A stretch of 64,000 nucleotides of DNA from an uncultured Gammaproteobacteria bacterium (lineage in GTDB: Bacteria > Cyanobacteriota > Vampirovibrionia > LMEP-6097), in NCBI GenBank assembly GCA_964517685.1, contig CAZFCF010000001.1, positions 345,458 to 409,457 of the forward strand, in the 5' to 3' direction. A program made the position numbers and the translations under genes. This document shows positions 1 through 9,625 of the stretch, in pieces; the stretch's first letter is position 1, and every line of letters starts with the position of its first letter. Below the pieces are notes generated by a model. The model worked only from the letters and a program-made list of their open reading frames with translations. It made no database searches and was not told where the DNA came from.

Positions 1-971
1 ATGGAAACATGCTCAGGACGTATTTTGCCTTGTTCTTTTAGACGAGTAATTTGCAAAGTAAGAAATTGTGCTTTGCTGATTTCTGTGAGCATCCAAGCTA
101 AATCAGCTTGAATAAGCTGATGTGAAGCAATAGGTTTGCCGTGAAACTGCACGCGTGTAAGCGAGTAATCAAGAGCTGTTTGATAGCAATTCATTGCAGC
201 ACCAATCACACCCCAAGCTATACCAAGTCTAGCTGAGTTCAAACATTGCAAAGCAGCTTTTAGACCGCTATCTGTACCAGGTAAAAGATTTTCTTCTGGA
301 ATAATACAATCAGAAAATATCAATTCAGAAGTGACTGAAGCTCGTAAAGAATGTTTTCCAGTCATTAATTTGGTAGAGAATCCTGGAGTGTTTTTTTCCA
401 CCAAAAAGCCTCTGACATTAGCTCCTAGCTTTGCCCAAACAACTGCAATATCAGCAACAGAGCCGTTAGTGATCCACATTTTTGCGCCATTAAGTTTATA
501 ACCAGCCGTCACTTTTTCAGCACGTGTCTCCATTTCTGATGGATTAGAACCATGATCTGGTTCAGTTAAACCAAAGCAGCCAATAGCTTTGCCTTGAGCA
601 AGCAAAGGTAACCATTTATTTTTTTGTTCTTCACTACCAAAAGTTGCAATCGGAAACATCACAAGTGAAGTTTGTACAGAATTAAAAGATCTAATTGCTG
701 AATCACCGGCTTCAAGCATCATATTAATTAAACCGTAAGAGACATAACCAGTTCCCGGACAGCCATAGCCATGAATCGGCGCTCCAAGAAAACGCATGCC
801 ACCAATTTTAGGAATTAGTTCTTGCGGAAATCTATCTTCGTTATAAGCTTTATCAATAATTGGCATCACTTCTTTATTCGTGAAGTCCATAGTATTGTTC
901 ATGATCAAAATCTCTTCCTCACTTAATAGCGATTGGAAATCAGCAAAGTCAGTCAGACGAATCTTAGGCAT
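1..971 (-). CDS. gcdH: Acyl-CoA dehydrogenase, glutaryl-CoA dehydrogenase-like (3' end runs off the window)
   Basis: Manual translation from ATG at 971: MPKIRLTDFADFQSLLSEEE...GCFGLTEPDHGSNP...LNGAKMWITNG; ACAD motifs. Not in the ORF track because it is truncated by the window edge. Confidence 0.88.
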   Translation of the reverse strand, partial: MPKIRLTDFADFQSLLSEEEILIMNNTMDFTNKEVMPIIDKAYNEDRFPQELIPKIGGMRFLGAPIHGYGCPGTGYVSYGLINMMLEAGDSAIRSFNSVQTSLVMFPIATFGSEEQKNKWLPLLAQGKAIGCFGLTEPDHGSNPSEMETRAEKVTAGYKLNGAKMWITNGSVADIAVVWAKLGANVRGFLVEKNTPGFSTKLMTGKHSLRASVTSELIFSDCIIPEENLLPGTDSGLKAALQCLNSARLGIAWGVIGAAMNCYQTALDYSLTRVQFHGKPIASHQLIQADLAWMLTEISKAQFLTLQITRLKEQGKIRPEHVS

Positions 972-1021
972 AAATATAAGTTTATCAGCCATTTATTAGG
1001 ACGTCATTGTAAGTACTGAGA

Positions 1022-1135
1022 GCATTTTTTGAATACTCTCTTTCACTCCCTATTACTTGCTCCCTCCCAGCTGCGCCGCTCGGAAGCGCCGTAAAAAGGG
1101 GACCCTATAGTTCAAGAAAGTATTCAAAAAAATGC
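1022..1135. repeat. MITE-like element with ~16-bp terminal inverted repeats
   Basis: gcattttttgaatact (1022-1037) and agtattcaaaaaaatgc (1119-1135) enclose a GC-richer core; intergenic. Confidence 0.55.
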
Positions 1136-1157
1136 ATGGCAATTATAAGAAGTCAAA

Positions 1158-1757
1158 CTAGACATCTGCTAACTTTCTTGCAGACGATTGAGCTCCAGGA
1201 ATAAAAGTTGAATACTGCTTAGAGCTTGCCATATAACGTGAGTCAGGATCTGAAGTCATTGCTGAATTAGTTTGATTTGCAGCAAGAGTATTACGAGAGT
1301 CTTTGCCACCAAGTAAATCTCTAAGCTGATTCACTTGCTCTTCTAATTTACTTAAACGCTCTTCAACAGATTCTGGTGGAGCTTTTCTATCAGCGATTTT
1401 TTGCCATTCATCAATGGCACTTGAACCTGCTTGCTCAGCAGCTCTTGAAGATTTAAATTCATCGCTTGCTCTTTGAAGCCTTGGCGTAGAAGAGTCACCA
1501 AGAATTGCACCAGGTCTAGAAGCTAAGAATCTTGCTTTACTTGCTCTGTCTCTTGCTTTATTTGCGCTCTGTGTATCACTGTCAGAAACAGGTTTAAACT
1601 CTGCATCAACTATTACCCCTCTAACAGTGTCTCGTCTAACAGTTGATTTATTGTGTAAAATTGGACCATTAGGATTCTGCGGGCCGCCTCTATTAACAAG
1701 ACTCGGCGCCAGTTTTTGCATGTGGTATGAACTACCAGATAGTGAATCAAAACCCAC
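1158..1757 (-). CDS. Hypothetical Ser/Ala-rich protein with a short coiled coil
   Basis: 199-aa ORF with no recognisable family; VEERLSKLEEQVNQLRDLL heptads. Confidence 0.7.
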   Translation of the reverse strand: MGFDSLSGSSYHMQKLAPSLVNRGGPQNPNGPILHNKSTVRRDTVRGVIVDAEFKPVSDSDTQSANKARDRASKARFLASRPGAILGDSSTPRLQRASDEFKSSRAAEQAGSSAIDEWQKIADRKAPPESVEERLSKLEEQVNQLRDLLGGKDSRNTLAANQTNSAMTSDPDSRYMASSKQYSTFIPGAQSSARKLADV

Positions 1758-1780
1758 TCTTCATTACATACGCAAGCTAA

Positions 1781-1797
1781 GTTAAAAATAGGTTAAG
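1781..1797 (-). promoter_or_regulatory. CTTAACC-N5-WTAA motif, copy 1
   Basis: Minus strand reads cttaacctatttttaac, ~24 bp upstream of ORF 1158..1757. Confidence 0.55.
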
Positions 1798-1989
1798 GAG
1801 ATTAATCAGCATCAGGGGCGTTGATTTCAAGTTAAAAATTTCTTAGAGACCAGAACAGATTCTAGGTGATATATTTATACAACCCTCCTGAACAGGGATT
1901 TGTTTAGAACTTAGTCAAAGTCAACAAAACTGAATAGTAATAAAGATAACCAAGCCTAGACTTGGTTATAAAAGAGCGCCCACCCGACG

Positions 1990-3501
1990 ATGTTAGATCA
2001 ATTAGAAAGCAATTTTAACCACAATATAGACCAAAATAGTAGCGAGCAAAGCGAATATTCATCAATAAGCATCAAAAGCTCAGAAGATTCTGAAAATATA
2101 GTTATAGAAAATGGCTATATCGAGCTTTGGCAACAGGTTCTTGAATATCTAGAGAAAAAACTCAGAAAACCCAGCTTTGATACGTGGATCAGACCAACAC
2201 AGCTAATCAAGATCGAAAGCGACACAGCAACGATTGCAGTGAAAAATGAGTTCACTAGAAACTTTCTGCTCCAAAGCTATTACAAAGAAATACAAGAGGC
2301 ATTAAAAGAAATTCTGGCTAAATCTATAGCTATAAAATTTATAGTTCTTATAGATTTAGAAATCCCTGAAAACCAGTCAATATCTAATGTTGAAAATGAG
2401 AAAAATTTTAACGATAAGCAAATTAGTCTTGCGGAAATAAAAACACCTAATAGTTCTTACAAGAAACATTCGACTAAACTCAACAGTAAATTCAATTTTC
2501 TAAATTTCATACTTGGTAAATCTAATCAAGCACCTTATACTTTTGCAAAAGCAATCACTGAAAGCAGTTCAGGAGTTTATAGTTCTCTATTTATACATTC
2601 AGATACAGGTCTGGGTAAAACTCATTTATTGCATGCCATTGGCAATCAAGCTCAGGAACTGCAATACGGGCTCAAAGTTAAATACGTTAAAGCTGAAGAC
2701 TTCACAAACGAACTTATAGTTTCCATTCAACGCAACAACACTGCACAGTTTAGATCTAATTACAGAAACTTAGATTTATTACTTTTCGATGATTTTCATT
2801 TTCTTGATAACAAAAAAACCTGCCAAGAAGAGTTTGCATTCACCCTAGAATCCATTATTGAAAATGGTGGCAAAGTAGTAATGTCTTCAGCAAAAATGAT
2901 TGAAGAGTTTAAAACTCTTTCAAATAAACTCAAAAGTAAAATTCGTGGTTCTTTAATCTCAACTATAGAGAAACCCAATTACACAACACGTTTAAAAATC
3001 CTTTCAGAGAAAGCTAATATCTCGCAAATTCAAATCAACGAAGAACATTTAGGATTTATAGCGGGTAAATTCGAGAACAATGTGCGTGAGCTTGAAGGTG
3101 CATTAATGCAAATATCCGCCTTTAAGAATTTTGCAGGTGAAAGTATTGATGATGATCTTATAGCTAATCTCTTTGGGGGTATTGCGCCAGAACCGGAATA
3201 CAAAGGTTTATCAATAGAAAAAATCACCAAGAAAGTCGCAGAATTTTATGACTGTGATTTATCGGAGCTTATCGGCAAGTCAAGAGTTAAAGAAATAGCT
3301 AACGCACGACATCTTGCTATCTATTTAGCTCATACAATTTTGAGACTGAGTTATACAAGAATCGGTGATTATTTTGCTGGAAGAAAGCATAGTTCAATAA
3401 TTCATTCTGCTTCGATGGTGAGAAAAGATATTAATTCAGATAACTCTAATAGTAATTATAAATACGCAATAGAACAAATTAAAAAATCTCTATCCGTCTA
3501 A
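1990..3501 (+). CDS. dnaA: Chromosomal replication initiator DnaA (divergent, possibly a second paralog)
   Basis: Domain I (SFDTWI), GLGKTHLL, NVRELEGAL, C-terminal ARHLAIYL...IGDYFAGRKHSSIIH. Confidence 0.9.
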   Translation: MLDQLESNFNHNIDQNSSEQSEYSSISIKSSEDSENIVIENGYIELWQQVLEYLEKKLRKPSFDTWIRPTQLIKIESDTATIAVKNEFTRNFLLQSYYKEIQEALKEILAKSIAIKFIVLIDLEIPENQSISNVENEKNFNDKQISLAEIKTPNSSYKKHSTKLNSKFNFLNFILGKSNQAPYTFAKAITESSSGVYSSLFIHSDTGLGKTHLLHAIGNQAQELQYGLKVKYVKAEDFTNELIVSIQRNNTAQFRSNYRNLDLLLFDDFHFLDNKKTCQEEFAFTLESIIENGGKVVMSSAKMIEEFKTLSNKLKSKIRGSLISTIEKPNYTTRLKILSEKANISQIQINEEHLGFIAGKFENNVRELEGALMQISAFKNFAGESIDDDLIANLFGGIAPEPEYKGLSIEKITKKVAEFYDCDLSELIGKSRVKEIANARHLAIYLAHTILRLSYTRIGDYFAGRKHSSIIHSASMVRKDINSDNSNSNYKYAIEQIKKSLSV

Positions 3502-3533
3502 CCAGAACTCTACTTTGGGTAAATAATTAAAAT

Positions 3534-4637
3534 ATGACTCAAACTTTAGAGCAGTACACTAAAGAAAATCCTTTTCTAACTTTGCTTTTAGAAAATTATA
3601 TTTTAAACAAACCTGGTTCAAGTAAAGATACCAGGCACTTTGTAATTAGTTTAAAAGACAGCGGTATTAATTATGAACCTGGTGATTCATTGTATGTTTG
3701 TCCAGAAAACGAAATCAATTTAGTCAATGAACTACTTAGCTATTTAAAACTTGATCTAAACAAAGAAGCAGAACTGCATCGCTTTACTCAAGAAATTAAT
3801 ATTACTAGAGCCAGTAATAAACTTTTCAAATTAATAGAAGGCAAGCTAGGTGAGGCTTTTAATACTACTGAAGCAACAGAGAAATTTAATGGCTATAGCA
3901 TTCCTGGCATTATCAAAACTCTTAAAGCACAGTATTCTAATTTAGAACTTAGTAGTAATGAAATTGCTGAAAACTCTTCTAAATTACAAGCAAGAGCATA
4001 TTCAATAGCCTCTTCTTTAAAAGCTCATCCAGAAGAAGTTCATCTTTGTATCTCCAGAGTAGATACAGAAGTCAATGGACAACAGGTTCTTGGAGTATGT
4101 TCTAACTATCTTTCATCTAGAGTGCCACTAAATCAAAAAAATCTAAGAATCTACTTACACAGCAATGATAAATTCAGGTTACCTAGCGAAAAAACTACCG
4201 ACATCATCATGGTTGGTCCTGGTACTGGCATTGCACCTTTTAGAGCCTTTATCGAAGAAAGAAATTTCCTAAGAGATCAAGGTGAAACAGTTGGCAAAGA
4301 CTGGCTTTTCTTTGGTGACCAAAAAGCTGCATATGACTACCTTTATGAAGACGAATTTGAAGCATATGCAAAAAAATATAACTTAAAAGTTACTACAGCC
4401 TTTTCACGTGATCAAGCTGAAAAAGTATATGTGCAAAATAAAATGAAAGAAAACTCGAAAGAGATTTTTGCAATGCTGGAAAATGGTGCTTACTTCTATG
4501 TGTGTGGTGATGCAAGACGTATGGCGAAAGATGTTGATCAAGCCTTACAAGAAATTATTACTGAGAACGGCAAGAACGCAGAAGAGTATATCAAAAACTT
4601 AAAAGATACTAAGAGATATTGCAGAGATGTCTATTAA
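3534..4637 (+). CDS. CysJ-like FAD/NADPH-binding reductase lacking the flavodoxin domain
   Basis: RAYSIASS, GVCSNYL, MVGPGTGIAPFR, FYVCGDA, C-terminal RYCRDVY. Confidence 0.85.
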   Translation: MTQTLEQYTKENPFLTLLLENYILNKPGSSKDTRHFVISLKDSGINYEPGDSLYVCPENEINLVNELLSYLKLDLNKEAELHRFTQEINITRASNKLFKLIEGKLGEAFNTTEATEKFNGYSIPGIIKTLKAQYSNLELSSNEIAENSSKLQARAYSIASSLKAHPEEVHLCISRVDTEVNGQQVLGVCSNYLSSRVPLNQKNLRIYLHSNDKFRLPSEKTTDIIMVGPGTGIAPFRAFIEERNFLRDQGETVGKDWLFFGDQKAAYDYLYEDEFEAYAKKYNLKVTTAFSRDQAEKVYVQNKMKENSKEIFAMLENGAYFYVCGDARRMAKDVDQALQEIITENGKNAEEYIKNLKDTKRYCRDVY

Positions 4638-6722
4638 ATGTCCGTCTTATTTGCATCACTTGGCATAATTTTTGGATCCCTTTATTTTGTAATTGGTGAT
4701 AATCGAGTTATGCTTGCAGCTTTAGTTGCATTCGTAATATCAAGTGCAGTCTTTACCACTCTTAGACATCGTCGCAAAGAAATCATTAGTTTTCTAGTTT
4801 TTTTCTTATTGATGTTTTTTAATTACAACCTGAGATCAGACTTTTTAGAGGTTTTTGACTTAGAGCAATATATCACCACAAACAAGTCACAGCTTTACTT
4901 TCAAATAGTAAGCCCACCTCGTAATAGAGTTTTCTATTCTGAATTTATAGTTCAAGTAAAAAATAAAAACAGAAAGTTCAGTAATATAGTCAAAGATATT
5001 TTCCTGCCTTATAGATTCTTAGCTAAAGCCCCTGCTACTTTAGGATTGGCAGAAGCTGATATAGTTGCCATTCAAGACCTTTCGCTCCATAGATTAGATC
5101 GATATAGATACAGAATCTACAAGAAAAACAAAGTCTTTAATGAATCAGAAACTAAGAGTATAAGTTTTGTTGCTTCTGAAGACAATATATTTACTAAGGT
5201 ACAAAACTCTATTAAAGAATATTTCTTTAGAAATCTAAGTTTCGAAAATGCTCAAATCGCCAGCAGCTTACTTCTTGGAGCTAAAACAGCAAGCCCTCCA
5301 GAAGAGTTTTCTAGGATTTCCTACAAACTCGGTATAGGTCATTTCTTGGCAGCATCAGGTTTTCAGCTCGTAGTTTTAGGGTTTTTAATAAACTCTATTT
5401 TCAAAACTCTCAAATTCAATCTCTATGTCACTAATTTAACAACCTTAGTATTAGTTCTGTTTTATGCGGGTCTAGCAGGGTTTAGTCCTTCTATAACTCG
5501 TGCAGCTATTTGCGTTGCTGTATTTTTACTCTTGCAACTTAGTAAGCGTAAAATGGATAGTAAAAGATTTTTACTAATACTGGCTGGAATAGTTTTATTT
5601 ATTGATCCCTACACTGTTTTAGACTTAGGCTTTCAATTCAGCTATCTAGCTACATTAGCTCTATTAATTTGGACTTCAACTATAGAGAAGAAACTTGAAT
5701 TTATTAAACCTAAATTCATTCGCGAAGGGGTGGCTATAACGCTTTCAGTACAGTTATTCTTGCTACCTTTATCAATTTATTACTTTGGAAATTTACAAAT
5801 CTGGAGTATCCTTGCCAATATAATTCTTACACCAATCTTGACTCTAATTACTTTACTTTCATTCTTTGGTCTATGTTTCCTTATTGAACCGCTTTTAAAT
5901 TTAACTAAATACTTGGTCTATCATGCCAACCAATTACCAGGTCTAGATTCTGCCTATGATATGGATTTCTCAAGTATGGTACTTATGACTTTATTTCTTA
6001 ATATGCTTGCCTTTGCAATCATAAGACCTAATATTAATACTCCAAATGATGCTGAGTTCATGAAAACTATTTATACACGCTATTACGATGAGAATATTTT
6101 TTTATTCTTGAAAAAAATATTTACTGACCCTTGTATGCAAATCAGTGTGCTAGTTTCTACTTTGGCTTTGCTTTTAGCAACTAGCCTGCCTCCATACAAC
6201 ACTGTTGTATTGCCTATTGAAAATGGCTTGATTAAAAATTTCCCTGCACTTAAGCAAGTAATGAAGGATAAATCAATTAATTCTCAATATCTTGATTATC
6301 AAGATTTGAAAATATTACTAATTAAGAATCGTAGTTCACTTAAGAAGTTAGGAACTCTGACTGGCAATCTACAAGAAGTAGATATTTTAATTTTGCCGCA
6401 GTTAAATGAAAAAGATATTTATTTAAATACTCTAATAGAAATTACTAAACCACAGTTTGTTGTTGCTTCAGTCAGGAGGAGTCATAGTAAAAAACAAATG
6501 CCGTCATCGCGAAGCCGCGAAGCGGCTGTGGCTGTCATTGCGAGCGAAGCGAAGCAATCCCCCGGCGCTCAAAATGGGATTGCCACGTCGCCTTCGCCTC
6601 CTCGCAATGACGACACAAATAAGGTGGATTCTAATTTGAAAATTATTACTGGAAAGGCTCACACCGTTATAGATTCAGGTGTATTATACATAAGTAAAGG
6701 AAAATTTTGGAGTCTCAATTAA
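4638..6722 (+). CDS. comEC: ComEC/Rec2 competence membrane protein
   Basis: GHFLAASGFQ, SPSITRA, DLGFQFSYLAT, SILAN motifs; many TM segments. Confidence 0.85.
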   Translation: MSVLFASLGIIFGSLYFVIGDNRVMLAALVAFVISSAVFTTLRHRRKEIISFLVFFLLMFFNYNLRSDFLEVFDLEQYITTNKSQLYFQIVSPPRNRVFYSEFIVQVKNKNRKFSNIVKDIFLPYRFLAKAPATLGLAEADIVAIQDLSLHRLDRYRYRIYKKNKVFNESETKSISFVASEDNIFTKVQNSIKEYFFRNLSFENAQIASSLLLGAKTASPPEEFSRISYKLGIGHFLAASGFQLVVLGFLINSIFKTLKFNLYVTNLTTLVLVLFYAGLAGFSPSITRAAICVAVFLLLQLSKRKMDSKRFLLILAGIVLFIDPYTVLDLGFQFSYLATLALLIWTSTIEKKLEFIKPKFIREGVAITLSVQLFLLPLSIYYFGNLQIWSILANIILTPILTLITLLSFFGLCFLIEPLLNLTKYLVYHANQLPGLDSAYDMDFSSMVLMTLFLNMLAFAIIRPNINTPNDAEFMKTIYTRYYDENIFLFLKKIFTDPCMQISVLVSTLALLLATSLPPYNTVVLPIENGLIKNFPALKQVMKDKSINSQYLDYQDLKILLIKNRSSLKKLGTLTGNLQEVDILILPQLNEKDIYLNTLIEITKPQFVVASVRRSHSKKQMPSSRSREAAVAVIASEAKQSPGAQNGIATSPSPPRNDDTNKVDSNLKIITGKAHTVIDSGVLYISKGKFWSLN
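6495..6612. repeat. Family A REP/RPE-like composite element, in frame within comEC
   Basis: caaatgccgtcatcgcgaagccgcgaagcggctgtggc followed by gtcattgcgagcgaagcgaagcaatcc...ggattgccacgtcgccttcgcctcctcgcaatgac; translated as QMPSSRSREAAVAVIASEAKQS...PRND. Confidence 0.9.
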
Positions 6723-7492
6723 TGACTAATATTGTTGCTATTGATCTAGGAGCTACAAATACTAAAATTGGTATTTTTGATAATGATAAACTCATTGCCC
6801 AAGAAGTTTTCACTACCTCAAAAAATCCTGAAGAGCTTGCAGAAAATATTTGCACCCATATAATTAATTTCACGCAGTATGAACCACTTGCTATTGGCGT
6901 GGGAGCTGCTGGCTTTTGGGATGAAAAATGTCTTTTAAAGCAAAGTCTTAATTTACCAGAATTAATTGATTATCCATTATGGGAAATAGTTTCTAAGAGT
7001 TTAAACTTGCCTATTTTTCTCAAAACTGATGTTGAGCTTGCCGTTATGGGTGAAGCAGTTTATGGTCTTAAGAACAAATACAGCAATGTTCTTTATATCA
7101 ATATGGGAACTGGTTTCAGCGCAGGGCTCTACAAAGATGGCGAAATTTTTACAACTAGTTATTCACCAACTTTAAGATTGAGCTTTATGGTACAAGCACA
7201 ATTACTGAATCAAGAAGAATCTACACCTTATGAGCAGAACCTTCAATCAATCATCACACTCTCATCAACCCTAATCAACTTGGCTTGTATTCTTTCTCCA
7301 GAAATTATTGTTTTTGGTGGTGGCAAAGTTGATAATAATTGGGATTCAATCATTGCTCCTGCAGTAGAAAAAGCTCAAGAATATTTAGATCAAGTTTTAG
7401 TCTATAAAATCAAATTTTCCAAGGCAAAACTAGAATATCCAACTTTATATGGAGCATATGAACTAGTAAAACGTGAAGTCTCATCTATTTAG
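6707..7492 (+). CDS. ROK-family sugar kinase/regulator (likely start ATG 6722)
   Basis: AIDLGATNTK, GEAVYG, YINMGTGFSAG, PEIIVFGGG. Confidence 0.8.
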   Translation: MESQLMTNIVAIDLGATNTKIGIFDNDKLIAQEVFTTSKNPEELAENICTHIINFTQYEPLAIGVGAAGFWDEKCLLKQSLNLPELIDYPLWEIVSKSLNLPIFLKTDVELAVMGEAVYGLKNKYSNVLYINMGTGFSAGLYKDGEIFTTSYSPTLRLSFMVQAQLLNQEESTPYEQNLQSIITLSSTLINLACILSPEIIVFGGGKVDNNWDSIIAPAVEKAQEYLDQVLVYKIKFSKAKLEYPTLYGAYELVKREVSSI

Positions 7493-7521
7493 ACTATTCA
7501 GGAAAGATCTTCAGAGGAATA

Positions 7522-8196
7522 TTGATTATAGTGCTTCTTTTATTACGAAGATTAATATTTGTTCCTTTACTTGCTCTTAGCTTTCAGTGGCCAGCAGGTT
7601 CTGTAAGTTTATTAGATGGCGGCGGTGTTAAATCCAGTTCATTAAGTACTGGTCCTAGAGGCTATCTTGAACCCTATATTGCAAGAAATGTTGGGGATGT
7701 AATCACTATCAAAATAGTAGAAAATATTCAGTCCCTAAAAAAATCACAAATCATTCTTGATAACGATACTAGAAGTGATTCAGGTTTATCTCTTCAACTC
7801 GCCATGACTGCTACAAGCTCTCTTACTCCTTCAGCAAATAATGTGGCAAACATGCTTACTAATTTTTCTCTTCCGGTTGATTATTCAAGAAGAAATATCA
7901 AAGAGATTTCAGTGGACAACAAAGAACAATTTTTTACTTTAGTTAGCTGTTTAATAGTGGAAGTAGATCCAGAAAATGGCAATATGGTTGTAGAAGGTAG
8001 CAGACAGATCCTTATGGAAGGCGAGACTAAGAGCCTTTATGTCAGAGGTATTGTCTTCCCTAAAGATATAGATTCTAATAATGAATTACCAAGCTATAAG
8101 TTAGCCAATGCTCAAGTACAAATCATTGACAGTGGTACCCTTTCTAAAGAAAGAGACAGTGGATTCGTACAGAAAATATTTAGAAGACTTTTCTAG
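7522..8196 (+). CDS. flgH: Flagellar L-ring protein FlgH-like
   Basis: ARNVGDVITIKIVE, NGNMVVEGSRQI, VRGIVFPKDIDSNNELPSYKLANAQV; N-terminal hydrophobic signal. Confidence 0.85.
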   Translation: MIIVLLLLRRLIFVPLLALSFQWPAGSVSLLDGGGVKSSSLSTGPRGYLEPYIARNVGDVITIKIVENIQSLKKSQIILDNDTRSDSGLSLQLAMTATSSLTPSANNVANMLTNFSLPVDYSRRNIKEISVDNKEQFFTLVSCLIVEVDPENGNMVVEGSRQILMEGETKSLYVRGIVFPKDIDSNNELPSYKLANAQVQIIDSGTLSKERDSGFVQKIFRRLF

Positions 8197-9066
8197 GCTT
8201 GCTTGCACTTCTATAACTTTATTAACAGGAGCTTTCTTGTATTTAAGTCTGTATAATTCAACCCAACCATATTCTTTCAAGAAATATAAATCCTTCTTGA
8301 GGTTCTCAACCCAAACAAAAGAGTTATCAGGATTTCTAGGCTCTTCAGTTAAAGCTAAAAAGTCTGGAACCTTAATGCCAACAAAATCTATTGGAGCTTC
8401 AACATTATAAGCAGAGTTATCGATTAGAACTCTTGCACCATAAATAGGTGGATATTTAGCTGTATAGTATTTAGCCAGATATGGATGAATATTTTTATTA
8501 CCAGTTAAGTGTTGAAAAGATCTTTTGACATAAGATTTATAGAAGCCTACTGTATAGAGCTTAAGCTTTGATTTCTGTTGCGGATGTATATTATTGCGAT
8601 GATTAGGATAGAGAGCAAAATCTCTGTTATAAGGTTTACGAACATCCTCATTAGCAATGACCTTATCAAAGTATTTTGCTAATCCAGAACTGCCCAGAAT
8701 GTCCTTGGCATAGGCTTTACGATTATTAGTAAAAATCATAAGATTGAAACCCAATCTTTTAGCATATTCCAGAATCTCGATCGCTCCAGGACGAATCACA
8801 TATTGCTGACCATCTAAGGAAGTGTTGACCTTATATCCCAATCTCTTTGCAGTTGAAATATCTTCCTTAGTCATTCGATCTGAAGCAATTAAAGTCTCAT
8901 CTAAATCAAAAGCCAAATATTTAGAATTTTTGTCTAAGACTACAGCTTTAGGCGCAGCTTCATAAGTTTCAAGAACACCTTCAAAGGCATTAGCACTTAA
9001 ACCACTGAGTAGAAGAATAAGTAAAACTAAGAGATTTTTTTTGAGCATTTGAATAATTTTTATCAT
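8101..9066 (-). CDS. HAD-superfamily NIF/FCP1-like phosphatase with signal peptide
   Basis: AFDLDETLI (DxDxT), IRPG, IFTNN, LIDNS; signal peptide ending ANA. Confidence 0.75.
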   Translation of the reverse strand: MIKIIQMLKKNLLVLLILLLSGLSANAFEGVLETYEAAPKAVVLDKNSKYLAFDLDETLIASDRMTKEDISTAKRLGYKVNTSLDGQQYVIRPGAIEILEYAKRLGFNLMIFTNNRKAYAKDILGSSGLAKYFDKVIANEDVRKPYNRDFALYPNHRNNIHPQQKSKLKLYTVGFYKSYVKRSFQHLTGNKNIHPYLAKYYTAKYPPIYGARVLIDNSAYNVEAPIDFVGIKVPDFLALTEEPRNPDNSFVWVENLKKDLYFLKEYGWVELYRLKYKKAPVNKVIEVQASLEKSSKYFLYESTVSFFRKGTTVNDLYLSIG

Positions 9067-9188
9067 AACAGATGCTTAGCTGGGCTTGTTATTTAGCCAA
9101 TCGCCACTTTGGGTAGTGAAATTTTCTTGAATGAAAAAGTACTTTCGACCCCTTTCATTTCTATTTTGCGTTAAGCATAATTTTTATT

Positions 9189-9413
9189 GTGAAGACTGAG
9201 TACGATAAAATTATCGATGATTTTTGGAAATTAGTCGCAGTAATGCTGGCAAGCCCAGAAGCTAGTTTATTCCTATATACTTTCCAAAATTTTGAAAATA
9301 TAAACTACAATAATTATTATTGGGGCAAGCATCTAGTTGGACTAATTCTTGTGCTTGCTAGTTTAAGAGTATTTAGGGGAATCTACGAAAGAAATATAAG
9401 GGAAAAATTATGA
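9189..9413 (+). CDS. Small membrane protein
   Basis: 74 aa with two hydrophobic stretches; overlaps the next ORF at ATGA. Confidence 0.5.
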   Translation: MKTEYDKIIDDFWKLVAVMLASPEASLFLYTFQNFENINYNNYYWGKHLVGLILVLASLRVFRGIYERNIREKL

Positions 9414-9625
9414 ATGAAAGTTTAATTGGTTTATTAAAAGGTTTTGGTATGTTCTTTATGATGATAGGTTTTTTAGTATTTATTGGCAGACCTGTCAATA
9501 AAATGGCTTTTAAAAAAGAACTAGAACAAGAAAAGGCTATGAATCTTAAGGGAAAAGGTTGGTCATTAGAACGTTGGTTCTTTTGTGATATTTTAGCTTT
9601 TCCGAAAAAAGATTTTATGAATTAA
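9410..9625 (+). CDS. Small membrane protein
   Basis: 71 aa with an N-terminal TM helix; translationally coupled to the previous ORF. Confidence 0.5.
   Translation: MNESLIGLLKGFGMFFMMIGFLVFIGRPVNKMAFKKELEQEKAMNLKGKGWSLERWFFCDILAFPKKDFMN

Noticed and set aside
1050-1110. tRNA in the GC-rich intergenic patch
   Set aside because: No cloverleaf with a correctly placed T-arm and acceptor stem could be built.
1758-1989. oriC next to dnaA
   Set aside because: No clear cluster of TTWTNCACA boxes seen (best is ttatacaac with mismatches); no dnaN adjacent.
6457-6639. 60-aa ORF containing SLRAKRSN
   Set aside because: Alternative-frame translation of the family A repeat inside comEC.
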